DNA of 43,752 nt from a virus (lineage: Duplodnaviria; Caudoviricetes). Within the stretch, counting starts at the first letter, position 1. Every line of letters starts with the position of its first letter. Made by a program: the position numbers and the translations under genes. Below the pieces are notes generated by a model. It saw only the letters and a list, made by a program, of their open reading frames with translations. It did no database searches and was not told the origin of the DNA. Location: positions 1 through 43,752 of IMG/VR virus record IMGVR_UViG_3300036975_000054. One strand, 5' to 3'. Positions 1-8,028 of the stretch are shown piece after piece.

Positions 1-127
1 TCACTTTCGGCGATGATGAGTCTGTCATACGTTTCATCACTTTCAAAGACGGCACAGGCGAGATCTATTCCATTGTCGAGGTAGACGATGACTACAGCGG
101 CAAGGCGCACTGGGTGCGTGGTGCCGC
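1..127. repeat. 127-bp exact terminal direct repeat, left copy (circular-assembly overlap)
   Basis: 1-127 is identical to 43626-43752. 127 is a common assembler k-mer length, and an ORF reads through the join. Confidence 0.95.
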
Positions 128-183
128 CAGAGCTGCTCACCATCACCGAAGACCTTGCTACTAATGAAAGGAGGACAGGGACT

Positions 184-408
184 ATGAATCACTTCTACCA
201 TATTTGGTTGTATCAAAACGGGACGTTGATGATCGCTGGACACCAAAAGTTCTCCAACAACGGGTCTCCAGCATGGTGGCTTCCTCTCTCGTTGCAGACA
301 GCCCGGGACTATGCCAGTGGCTACGCCAAGACAGCCAAGCAGCTCGGGACAAAGCTCACAGTGCAAATAAGAACGGCGGATAGCGATTCGTTCGTGGAGG
401 CCTACTAG
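184..408 (+). CDS. Early hypothetical protein
   Basis: RBS AAGGAGG upstream of ATG 184 (MNHFYHIW...). Confidence 0.7.
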   Translation: MNHFYHIWLYQNGTLMIAGHQKFSNNGSPAWWLPLSLQTARDYASGYAKTAKQLGTKLTVQIRTADSDSFVEAY

Positions 409-438
409 GCAGTATCACCATTAAAAGGAGAGACGACG

Positions 439-624
439 ATGGCAAGAGCAAGTTATGAGACGATCGCAGCCGGACACGGGAAGGGTTTCACGGTCGAGTT
501 GATAAAAGCCCTTAGCGGGCTGTCTGTCTACGTCAACGGCGAGCGTCTCTCCGGTCCGACGCACAACCGTGACAAAGCCATCCTCGAGTACACCAAGCTA
601 CTCCGCCAGTACACCGGGCAATAG
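439..624 (+). CDS. Early hypothetical protein
   Basis: AAGGAG RBS; 61-aa ORF. Confidence 0.7.
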   Translation: MARASYETIAAGHGKGFTVELIKALSGLSVYVNGERLSGPTHNRDKAILEYTKLLRQYTGQ

Positions 625-632
625 CTCCAAGT

Positions 633-675
633 CTGCCACGCCCTCCCGCCGCTCTCAGGCCGGAGGGTATGGCAG
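633..675 (+). other. Intergenic RNA stem-loop
   Basis: CTGCCACGCCCTCC pairs with GGAGGGTATGGCAG (one G-U, one mismatch); no U-tract. Confidence 0.6.
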
Positions 676-690
676 CGCTATCGCCAGGAG

Positions 691-939
691 ATGATGACGA
701 TGATGAAAGACGGTCCGCAAATCCAGAAGCAGATCATCGGATATGTCGACGCGGTAGAGGTCTCCCGTATCATGCCGGTGGTGACATGCAAAATCATCGG
801 TATACCTGTCAGATTCAAGTTTCACGGCGCACCTCGAGTAGGCGACAAGGTACTAGCTCGAATCGAATATGACAAATATACCCAATCATGGCGAGCGATT
901 CGCTGGGAAGCGCTATCGCTACAAAGGAGATCGAAATGA
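691..939 (+). CDS. Early hypothetical protein (small, beta-rich)
   Basis: ORF after AGGAG; the exact start among several ATGs is uncertain. Confidence 0.6.
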   Translation: MMTMMKDGPQIQKQIIGYVDAVEVSRIMPVVTCKIIGIPVRFKFHGAPRVGDKVLARIEYDKYTQSWRAIRWEALSLQRRSK

Positions 940-1100
940 AGAGAGCGAAGAAGACTACCCTAGTCGAGAAGAGAGCCACTATCAAAGCCCGTGGGATGAA
1001 GAATCCGAGCGGCAACTCCAAATACGGCCGGAAGCATGCCTACTGCGTGAAAAACAAGGTCTGGGGCTTCGAGGTTCCAGAGCCTAAGCCCTGGAAGTAA
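936..1100 (+). CDS. Small basic early protein
   Basis: AAGGAG RBS and ATGA overlap with the previous stop; MKRAKKTT...PKPWK. Confidence 0.7.
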   Translation: MKRAKKTTLVEKRATIKARGMKNPSGNSKYGRKHAYCVKNKVWGFEVPEPKPWK

Positions 1101-1107
1101 TTCCCAA

Positions 1108-1161
1108 GGCGAAACCGGCTTCGGCCGGTCTGCAAGGGTGCCCACCTTGCACTGATGAGCC
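1108..1161 (+). ncRNA. Type II hammerhead ribozyme
   Basis: GGC-GAAA-CCGGC(TTCG)GCCGG-TC-TGCAAGG(GTGCCCA)CCTTGCA-CTGATGA-GCC. All core nucleotides (CUGAUGA, GAAA, GUC) and three stems are present, and the element is intergenic. Predicted cleavage after C1130. Confidence 0.92.
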
Positions 1162-1183
1162 AGGGTTGAAAAGGAGATCCGAC

Positions 1184-1336
1184 ATGGAGCTGACTCGCAA
1201 GCACATCAAACACAAGACTTGGGGACTCTTCGACAAGGACGGTCGCCGATTCGTCATGGACTCCGCGATCATTCGCGAGCATCCATTTCACGGCACGATT
1301 CACCTCGGGGAGCCACGCTTCTACGACGGGAAGTAG
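1184..1336 (+). CDS. Small early protein (50 aa) directly downstream of the ribozyme
   Basis: AAGGAG at 1171-1176, ATG 1184, MELTRKHIKHKTWGLFD...FYDGK*. Below the ORF-track cutoff. Confidence 0.65.
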   Translation: MELTRKHIKHKTWGLFDKDGRRFVMDSAIIREHPFHGTIHLGEPRFYDGK

Positions 1337-1373
1337 TGTCTGCCGTGCCCCTTCGGGGGCATTACAGACATTA
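1334..1373 (+). other. Intergenic RNA stem-loop with UUCG tetraloop and 3x3 internal loop
   Basis: TAGTGTCTG-ccg-TGCCCC(TTCG)GGGGCA-tta-CAGACATTA. Confidence 0.7.
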
Positions 1374-1396
1374 TCGCTCAAAGGGAGACAGAGACC

Positions 1397-1789
1397 ATGG
1401 AGTTAGATGTCACAGCATACGTGGAAGAAGTCGACTGCAGCTCATTCTCGGCATCGATAGCGGAGCTTGGCAGGCACGCTGCGAAGATCACTTGGGCATG
1501 TGCCATGATGTATGTCCAGGAGGATCCCCTAGTCTCGTCCGAGGAAGATCTGCAGGAGGCCCGTGATTACTTCGTCTCTACTGGTGGTTGGACTCGGGAT
1601 GAGGCAGACGAGATGAGTGACCAAGAGGTCAACGCCCTACTGCTCCAATTCATAGCTAGCGCAGTCAGGCAGTACGAGGACCACTTCGACAGCTACGAGG
1701 CGTACGAAAAGGCCGTTCACGAAGGACAAGTCGCTGGCGATCTCTGGCGCAATGATGATGGCACTTGGACCTATTACATTGGAGTCTAG
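1397..1789 (+). CDS. Highly acidic early protein (possible DNA mimic)
   Basis: 130 aa, about 28 D/E versus 7 K/R by hand count; GGGAG RBS. Confidence 0.75.
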   Translation: MELDVTAYVEEVDCSSFSASIAELGRHAAKITWACAMMYVQEDPLVSSEEDLQEARDYFVSTGGWTRDEADEMSDQEVNALLLQFIASAVRQYEDHFDSYEAYEKAVHEGQVAGDLWRNDDGTWTYYIGV

Positions 1790-1792
1790 ACA

Positions 1793-2191
1793 ATGAGCAA
1801 GATCACAACAGCATTCACCTATTCAGAAGTCGATGAAGAGTCAGTAGCCGATGGAGGTCTATATGACCACGGCTTCTACGCTCCAGGAGGCTGGAAGTAC
1901 AGCCTCTACGACCCGGCTGTCGCGGATGATATGGATGCCAATCCACATCTCTACAGAGTGCCTTGGGAGCCTGGCGATCTGAGTAGGGCAATAGCGGAGG
2001 CCCGGCATCTTGGTATCTGCGAGGCAAGCGACTCTGAGATCTCCGAGGGTACTTGGTGGACGTCCATCGATGACGACATTGATCATCAGACGGGCGTCTC
2101 GACCCAATACAGCTTGCACGTTGATGGTTGCACAGCAGCAACCAAACGTCGTATCCACCGACTACTCAACAGCCAACGAATCTTCGGATGA
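1793..2191 (+). CDS. Acidic early hypothetical protein
   Basis: GGAG RBS; 132 aa, D/E-rich with a basic C-terminus. Confidence 0.75.
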   Translation: MSKITTAFTYSEVDEESVADGGLYDHGFYAPGGWKYSLYDPAVADDMDANPHLYRVPWEPGDLSRAIAEARHLGICEASDSEISEGTWWTSIDDDIDHQTGVSTQYSLHVDGCTAATKRRIHRLLNSQRIFG

Positions 2192-2264
2192 TCTCCAAGC
2201 TCATCATCTTAGTAATCATGCTCGCGCTCTACAGGGCCGGGCGCCAACTTTCGGGAGAGGATCA

Positions 2265-2522
2265 ATGAAGGGATACATATTTCAGCACCTATGTGCACCA
2301 AACGATCGGAATGGCAATCCGCGCCGCTTGTGGGTGCTCTATAGTAAGGGTACCGGAGACGTTTTTGAAGTAATCAATGAAGGATATGGAGGGAGGCCGA
2401 CAGTCTGCGACGCCAGACGTGTGAAGACCGCGACGGAAGTTGCTCAAATCCAGATCAGTACAAAGGAGTATAACAACTGGTGCCGTGAGGCAAAGCGGTT
2501 GGGAATTTACTATACACAATAG
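2265..2522 (+). CDS. Early hypothetical protein
   Basis: GGAGAGG RBS before ATG 2265; contains DRNGNPRRLW. Confidence 0.7.
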   Translation: MKGYIFQHLCAPNDRNGNPRRLWVLYSKGTGDVFEVINEGYGGRPTVCDARRVKTATEVAQIQISTKEYNNWCREAKRLGIYYTQ

Positions 2523-2587
2523 GTCGCTTCGACTCCGTGCTTGGGAGGATCCAGGCGCTGGTTATCTCGAAAGGAAAGGAATTAGAA

Positions 2588-2776
2588 ATGTCATTCACGT
2601 GTCAGCATTGTCATCGCATAGTGGTCGACGATCGCCGAAAGGCTGGGAAGGGCAGACCGGCCGTTGTCCAGCTCAGTCCAAGACCGAACCGTGTAGTGGT
2701 AAAGCGTCACCGCGACGGCCAGATCGCCAGGGAAGAGGACTGGTGCAATCAGTGCGTCGCTAGAAGGGGGTGGTGA
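2588..2776 (+). CDS. Small zinc-ribbon-like protein
   Basis: AAGGA RBS; CQHC...CNQC. Confidence 0.6.
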   Translation: MSFTCQHCHRIVVDDRRKAGKGRPAVVQLSPRPNRVVVKRHRDGQIAREEDWCNQCVARRGW

Positions 2777-2779
2777 GCG

Positions 2780-3022
2780 ATGTACAAAGGTCTGAAGGAA
2801 TTCGACGACTTCACCGAGGAAGAAAACATCGCTTTTGTCAGTCGCGAGGTCACAAAGGACTGGCTCGAAGCGACGTTGGCTAAAGCACTGCAGGAGGCCA
2901 GATCAGACCCTATGGAGTTTGTTTTCGGGGCCCTCTGCAGCCAGGTAGGGTTCACACGCAGAGATACGATGCACATGATCGACTTGGTCGATAAGTGGAA
3001 AGAGGAAAAGGGAGGCTGGTGA
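2780..3022 (+). CDS. Hypothetical protein
   Basis: Compact ORF in the co-oriented array. Confidence 0.65.
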   Translation: MYKGLKEFDDFTEEENIAFVSREVTKDWLEATLAKALQEARSDPMEFVFGALCSQVGFTRRDTMHMIDLVDKWKEEKGGW

Positions 3023-3234
3023 TGCGCAGTGAGTCCTGCGACGTTTGCTTGGAGAGTTTCCCCAAGGACGACATCGTCCATTGTGACTGTGGCCAGAACG
3101 TTTGTGTGTTCTGTTGGGACGAGCACGCAAAGAATTGCAAGGAGCAATAGTGATGTTGATCTGCGGAAGCACGATAATCTTCGCGTGGTGCTTTTTGATG
3201 AGCATCTACATCGAACTGTGAAAGGGGTCCTAAG

Positions 3235-3492
3235 ATGGTATGCACATCGGACGAGCAGCGGGCCCGGTGGCCCGGAGGGGGCTTAGAAGCTATCAAGACA
3301 TTACTAGGCACGGGTTATCGGTCGAATAAGTACCGGACCTGGGAAGCTCCGGAGGGTCATACACCAACCCCACGGGAGCTGGATGCGATCGGGTACCTAA
3401 TGCACGAGTGGAACTGGGGCATACTGCTGAATGCGACACCGGAACAGTTGAGTGTGATCTGGGACAGTCGTTGGAAGGAGCCCAGGAAATGA
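3235..3492 (+). CDS. Hypothetical protein
   Basis: Stop overlaps the next start (ATGA). Confidence 0.55.
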   Translation: MVCTSDEQRARWPGGGLEAIKTLLGTGYRSNKYRTWEAPEGHTPTPRELDAIGYLMHEWNWGILLNATPEQLSVIWDSRWKEPRK

Positions 3493-3788
3493 AGCCACGT
3501 CAACAAGCGATACTGCACACGGTCGCACGATGGGCCTATATCTATAGGTACAAACACGTACATGGCACTTGTGATCTATGTAAAGTTGCTAATGATGAGT
3601 GCGGAGATTGTCCCTATGTCGAAGCCTTCCAGAGGACTTGCACAACAGACTTCCCAGGGTTGGCCAACTATTACGACGCGGTGATGTTCAGGAGAAAAGA
3701 GAAACTGCGGCGTGCTTGCGAGCTGGCCGCCCAGTACGGCCTCAAGCGCCAAGCGGCCCTAATCGTCCGGCGGATCTTACGTGGATAA
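3489..3788 (+). CDS. Cys-rich hypothetical protein
   Basis: ATGA-coupled start; CDLC...CGDCPY...C. Confidence 0.6.
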   Translation: MKPRQQAILHTVARWAYIYRYKHVHGTCDLCKVANDECGDCPYVEAFQRTCTTDFPGLANYYDAVMFRRKEKLRRACELAAQYGLKRQAALIVRRILRG

Positions 3789-3984
3789 GCCACCCTCATA
3801 CGAGCTGCACGAAGATGCCGTACCGGACAGGAGGGTGGAGATTTTCGCTAAGCTACGGTGCGCTCGTCGTGCGACTCAGGAGGCTATCCATCGGACTTCG
3901 AGCACGGACGAGAAGCTGGCCGCTGTGAAAGCATCAAGGGAGAAGTTGATTGCGCTTGGATGGCTGAAGGAAGGGGAGAGTTGA
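3781..3984 (+). CDS. Hypothetical protein
   Basis: Overlap-coupled ORF in the early array. Confidence 0.5.
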   Translation: MDKPPSYELHEDAVPDRRVEIFAKLRCARRATQEAIHRTSSTDEKLAAVKASREKLIALGWLKEGES

Positions 3985-4119
3985 GATGCAAGATTACCAC
4001 TTTTTCGGGATGCGTTGGTGGTCCTGGTGTTCTAGGGGCCAGTACCTCCCAATTCCTTTCATATGCAACAACGGGCAATGGCCGGCAAAGCGACGGCGAT
4101 TGCCGAGAAGGGTTAGGCA

Positions 4120-4398
4120 ATGGTCGATTTTAGACGCGTAATGAGCCCCGAGGAGCGGAGCAAATTTGACCATTACCAGGAGTTCGCCGCGAGGCAAAAG
4201 CAGACATATAGGGAGCTGACTACCGTCAACTTGCTGCTATCCATGGAGTATTGCCTAGCGAACATGCATGGCCCCTATGTGCATGGTCCAGGAGCGCCTG
4301 TTTACGATTCGGCCTTTTTCCATGGGATACTACCAGAGATAGTGAGGAGGCTTCGACAACTACAAAACAACGAGATCGTGGATTCTGAAACCTTGTGA
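4120..4398 (+). CDS. Hypothetical protein
   Basis: 92-aa ORF coupled to its neighbours. Confidence 0.6.
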   Translation: MVDFRRVMSPEERSKFDHYQEFAARQKQTYRELTTVNLLLSMEYCLANMHGPYVHGPGAPVYDSAFFHGILPEIVRRLRQLQNNEIVDSETL

Positions 4399-4610
4399 AG
4401 GATTGGAGAAAGAAGATGACCAAGGGACAGAAGATCGAAGCACTCGAAGTGCTAAAGGAGATGCTCAACGAGGATATCATACTCGGGAGAGTATCATGGC
4501 TTTTCCTGCAACGGGGAGTGACTGACTGCACTGAACAGAAAGACATGGAGGACTGGCTAACCTGGAAGGTCCAGGACCTGATCGAGCAGGAGATGACCAG
4601 CGATGGTTAG
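4395..4610 (+). CDS. Hypothetical protein
   Basis: GTGA overlap; alternative ATG at 4416. Confidence 0.55.
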   Translation: MKDWRKKMTKGQKIEALEVLKEMLNEDIILGRVSWLFLQRGVTDCTEQKDMEDWLTWKVQDLIEQEMTSDG

Positions 4611-4833
4611 AATTGGGTTCGCAGTCGTGGAGATGACTGGCTACAAGTCAGGAAAGTGTAAATGTGGAAAACACCGCCGGCGCCAGAAAACATTTTCCCA
4701 GACTATAAATCCGTTCAACAAAAATGCTGAGGGCATGCCGAAGTCACGTGAGGAGATCTATCAGGAGCTGAAAGAGACCATTGCGAAGTGGAAAAAAGAG
4801 CCAATCACCTGCGAGGACTGCTGTGATGACTGA
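4603..4833 (+). CDS. Small Cys-containing protein
   Basis: AGGAG RBS; CKCG...QTINPFNKN...CEDC. Confidence 0.65.
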   Translation: MVRIGFAVVEMTGYKSGKCKCGKHRRRQKTFSQTINPFNKNAEGMPKSREEIYQELKETIAKWKKEPITCEDCCDD

Positions 4834-4897
4834 TTTCCTCCTAGGTATTGCGGTTGGATGGATCACTGCAGGATGGACACTAATATTCCTATGCTGA
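4826..4897 (+). CDS. Putative 23-aa single-TM micropeptide
   Basis: MTDFLLGIAVGWITAGWTLIFLC*; start overlaps the upstream gene end, GAGGA upstream. Confidence 0.35.
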   Translation: MTDFLLGIAVGWITAGWTLIFLC

Positions 4898-4932
4898 GCG
4901 TTCAAGACGAGGAAAGGGAAAGGGCGGCGACG

Positions 4933-5181
4933 ATGATTAAACACACACCAGGAAGCTGGCGGTACGACTCATATGGGGGTTTTGTAATAGGATCCCATGA
5001 ACACGAAATAGTTGCCGACGTGTATGGGAAAAACTCGGAAGAGCGAAAAGCCAACATCTGCCTGATCATGGCGGCCCCAACCATGCTGGGTTTGTTACAG
5101 CGGTTAGTGAACGGTGACAGTCCATTGAACATAGCAGCGGAAGCGGAAGCGCTTCTGGAAAAACTGGAGGGCGGGGAATGA
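4933..5181 (+). CDS. Common small phage protein (HTPGxW...AN..LI.AAP type)
   Basis: KHTPGSW and ANICLIMAAPTML motifs, a pattern recurrent in phage early proteins. Confidence 0.7.
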   Translation: MIKHTPGSWRYDSYGGFVIGSHEHEIVADVYGKNSEERKANICLIMAAPTMLGLLQRLVNGDSPLNIAAEAEALLEKLEGGE

Positions 5182-5891
5182 GAGCTGAGGAAAAGAGATG
5201 CCCATTGAAGCGGGCACTTGTCAAGCACAGGGCGGCTGATGTTGCGAGGAAGAAGCGCGAGCGATTCATGCCCTGGAATCTGTATCAGATTGCCTACCAC
5301 TGGCACGACCAGGCTCGTTATCAAGATTTCCGAGAGCGCCAGCGGTGGATGCATTCTGAAGCTATTCAGAAGTGTATTCAGTCACAAGTGCAACAGGCGG
5401 TGAAGTGGGCCGAGGGACGTGTGAGGGACCGCCACCTAAGGCTCCTGCAAGATATTGCTTGGGTTGGCATCGCCATCGCAATCGGTGTGCTCGCGACCAT
5501 GCTCCTGACCAGTTGTGGTTACCCGTGTGACCGGGAGACCGTCGATGTCTGTGTATATGGCAACGTTGACGTCGCGCAGTTGGAGCGCGTCAAGGGGCTC
5601 GTGGAGACAGCAATGGACGAGCGCGTGGGACAGGTAACAGTGCACAGCGACAGCGGCGCCGCACAGTGGGAGCCATACGACCAAGATACAGGGGAGCTGC
5701 ACATTGACTTCTCACGGGGATGTGAGACTGCCTACTTGCAGCTCGTCCATGGATTCCTCCACATCACGGCTGAGCACCGAGGGGTCAATGATCACATGGA
5801 TCACACGGCCCCGGGGCTCTTCAGGCAGGTTCCACTGCCAAACGTCGAGAGCGCGTTCGCGTTGTCTGTTAGGGGGATGTGCGAGCCATGA
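5178..5891 (+). CDS. Membrane/lipoprotein-like protein (possible internal start at GTG 5421)
   Basis: Hydrophobic segment ending LLTSC (lipobox-like); His-rich HGFLHITAEH...DHMDH. Confidence 0.55.
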   Translation: MRAEEKRCPLKRALVKHRAADVARKKRERFMPWNLYQIAYHWHDQARYQDFRERQRWMHSEAIQKCIQSQVQQAVKWAEGRVRDRHLRLLQDIAWVGIAIAIGVLATMLLTSCGYPCDRETVDVCVYGNVDVAQLERVKGLVETAMDERVGQVTVHSDSGAAQWEPYDQDTGELHIDFSRGCETAYLQLVHGFLHITAEHRGVNDHMDHTAPGLFRQVPLPNVESAFALSVRGMCEP

Positions 5892-6061
5892 AGAACATCA
5901 CAGCCTTGATAGTGATGATCGCGGCGGCACTTTTCATGTGGCTAGCATCAGAATTTGAGCTGACCTCGACCAAGAAAGAACTAGAAGTTACCAGGATGAA
6001 GCTCGAGCGATGCCGGATGGAAGCTTATGATGAATGTGAATGCTGGAGAAGAGAAAGATGA
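5888..6061 (+). CDS. Small membrane-anchored coiled-coil protein
   Basis: N-terminal TM (ITALIVMIAAALFMWLA); ATGA coupling. Confidence 0.55.
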   Translation: MKNITALIVMIAAALFMWLASEFELTSTKKELEVTRMKLERCRMEAYDECECWRRER

Positions 6062-6303
6062 GCTCCAGAGGACACAGGAACGCGATGAGCTCATTCAGCA
6101 AGGACTCGTACACGGACGGAGTGACCTACACCCCGGACCAATCCAGGTACTTGTGGGGCTCGTATGCTGGGTACGTGACTGTATCCTTCGCCGAGCGAAG
6201 GTGTACAAGGACTGAAGCCGACCTCTCAGAGGAGGAGCTCCGTGAAATCTACGAGCGACACGGGAAGGAATATGTACCCCGCAAAGGCAAGCAATCATGT
6301 TGA
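6058..6303 (+). CDS. Hypothetical protein
   Basis: ATGA-coupled ORF. Confidence 0.5.
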   Translation: MSSRGHRNAMSSFSKDSYTDGVTYTPDQSRYLWGSYAGYVTVSFAERRCTRTEADLSEEELREIYERHGKEYVPRKGKQSC

Positions 6304-6473
6304 CCATGTGCAGCCAGTGTTGGGAACCACTCGCCGAGGGCGACGTCATTGACTGCGCTTGTGGCATGCCATTTTGCATCTCGTGCTACGACGAGCATGT
6401 CTGGGATTGCCGAGAAGCGATGATGGCCATGGGACTGGAGCTGCACGAGGAGACCCAGGGGGAGGTAGAGTGA
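6297..6473 (+). CDS. Small zinc-finger-like protein (58 aa)
   Basis: MLTMCSQC...CACG..FCISC..H...C; absent from the ORF track. Confidence 0.55.
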   Translation: MLTMCSQCWEPLAEGDVIDCACGMPFCISCYDEHVWDCREAMMAMGLELHEETQGEVE

Positions 6474-6715
6474 TGGTGGTAGTTCAGCGTTACAGTGACA
6501 CGTCCTTTCGCATAAACTTCCGGTGTCCCTCATGCGGACATGTGGATATTTTAAGCAGCACTGAGAGAGACATAGATGAAGATGGATTTGATGTAGTCTG
6601 CATCTGCGGTCTTAGGTTTGAGTACGATGGCGTATTCACACGACACCGCGGAGTGGTCGCAGTCATCATGCCCCCATCATTCACGACTTGCCCAGAGGAG
6701 AGCATCCAAAAATGA
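6473..6715 (+). CDS. Zinc-ribbon protein
   Basis: GGAGG RBS and TGATG coupling; CPSC...CICG. Confidence 0.6.
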   Translation: MVVVQRYSDTSFRINFRCPSCGHVDILSSTERDIDEDGFDVVCICGLRFEYDGVFTRHRGVVAVIMPPSFTTCPEESIQK

Positions 6716-6980
6716 CGAACGGTAAGCAGAGATTCAAACTGTGGTGTGGCCTCACGAGCCTTGGTCACGCCTACTGCCATTCACACGAGGTGGAAGCGAT
6801 CGCTTGGCGACGCGCGGCGCTGCTGGGTATCGCGATTGCTGACCCTGGGCTGTCAGTGCGAGCGGTGCTTTGTGGCCACAACACTCACACGACCACGCCT
6901 CTGGCCACATCACGTCGACCAGTCGGGCCCAATGGGTCGCACCGCAGGCGGGGCAGCACCAAGCAGCGGCGGGGTATGTC

Positions 6981-7009
6981 TTCACGGCAGAAACCATCTT
7001 GAGTATAAT
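6981..7009 (+). promoter_or_regulatory. sigma70-type promoter upstream of the replication module
   Basis: TTCACG-17 nt-TATAAT. Confidence 0.6.
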
Positions 7010-7056
7010 TTACCACAGGAGTCCACGATGAGACAACTCCAAGTCAGGAGCGAACG

Positions 7057-8022
7057 ATGAGTGTCTGGTTTATCTATGATGAGACTTTGAAAAGGGTGAT
7101 GCAGGATCACATATCCAGGGAGACCTACAAGAAAGAGGCAATGGAAGCGCATAGGCGCGTGATGCCAGCAGTATTACCGCGCATGCCATCTAACTGGTGG
7201 TCCCTATTTGAGATGTCGGGACCAAACCTCATGAACCTCCCCAAGCCTCCGGAGGCAACCCCAAGGGCAAATCCGAAGAATCCCAAGGACAACATCTGGG
7301 ACCACATGGACAAAGAAACTGACGAATTCTTGCGAACTGCAGGACCAGAGCACTTCGGCCCACGCCCGAAGACCATGTGGTGGCGTGAGGTCTCAAATAC
7401 AGAACAGAGAAAGGGAAAGACGATGAGTGAGAAGCTACTGAAAATATTCCTTTTCGTCGACCGTGGCAGTTGGTTAGCCCTCTACGAGGGTGACAGGATC
7501 ACAATTTGGCAAACTGCGCGGGAAAGTGACTTAGACAAGATTGTGGACAAGGCCAAAAACCCAGCAATCAAGCCACACAGCCCAGTGACGAAAGATGTCC
7601 AAAAATTGCTGAGGGAATGCAAGCGGGGAGAGCACGACGACTGCTGTGTCTGGTCCAGAGACTCCAAGCCCCCGGGGGCGAAATCCGGCGTCGCCATGGA
7701 GCTGGAGACCGAGAAGACGACACCAATCAAAAAGTTCCCCTTCGCAGAGCTTCAACTTGCAGACAGCTTCGAGGAATTCGACTATTCGATAAATGCCCCG
7801 AGCGAAGGGGGGCTGAGCATCGATGTGATGGACAGAGACGACGCCGCCGCAGAGAGGATTTTGCGAGCCCGTATCGCGTGCCAGCAGAAATGGCCATTCT
7901 GTCCGACGCATCAGCGGAACGTGGATCTCGGGTTCAATCATGATGGGGTGGGTCGCGACAGAGTGATCCACGAGGCTTACTGGATCTGCCTCGACTGCTG
8001 GCAAGAGAGACGGGGCCGTTAA
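7057..8022 (+). CDS. Hypothetical protein with C-terminal Zn-finger-like motif
   Basis: AGGAG RBS; CPTH...CLDC at the C-terminus; no recognisable catalytic motif. Confidence 0.7.
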   Translation: MSVWFIYDETLKRVMQDHISRETYKKEAMEAHRRVMPAVLPRMPSNWWSLFEMSGPNLMNLPKPPEATPRANPKNPKDNIWDHMDKETDEFLRTAGPEHFGPRPKTMWWREVSNTEQRKGKTMSEKLLKIFLFVDRGSWLALYEGDRITIWQTARESDLDKIVDKAKNPAIKPHSPVTKDVQKLLRECKRGEHDDCCVWSRDSKPPGAKSGVAMELETEKTTPIKKFPFAELQLADSFEEFDYSINAPSEGGLSIDVMDRDDAAAERILRARIACQQKWPFCPTHQRNVDLGFNHDGVGRDRVIHEAYWICLDCWQERRGR

Positions 8023-8028
8023 TCGGTT

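Noticed and set aside
6688-7060. Overlapping 104-aa ORFs before the replication module
   Set aside because: Low-complexity translations in competing frames, overlapping a good promoter; I cannot support either as a gene.
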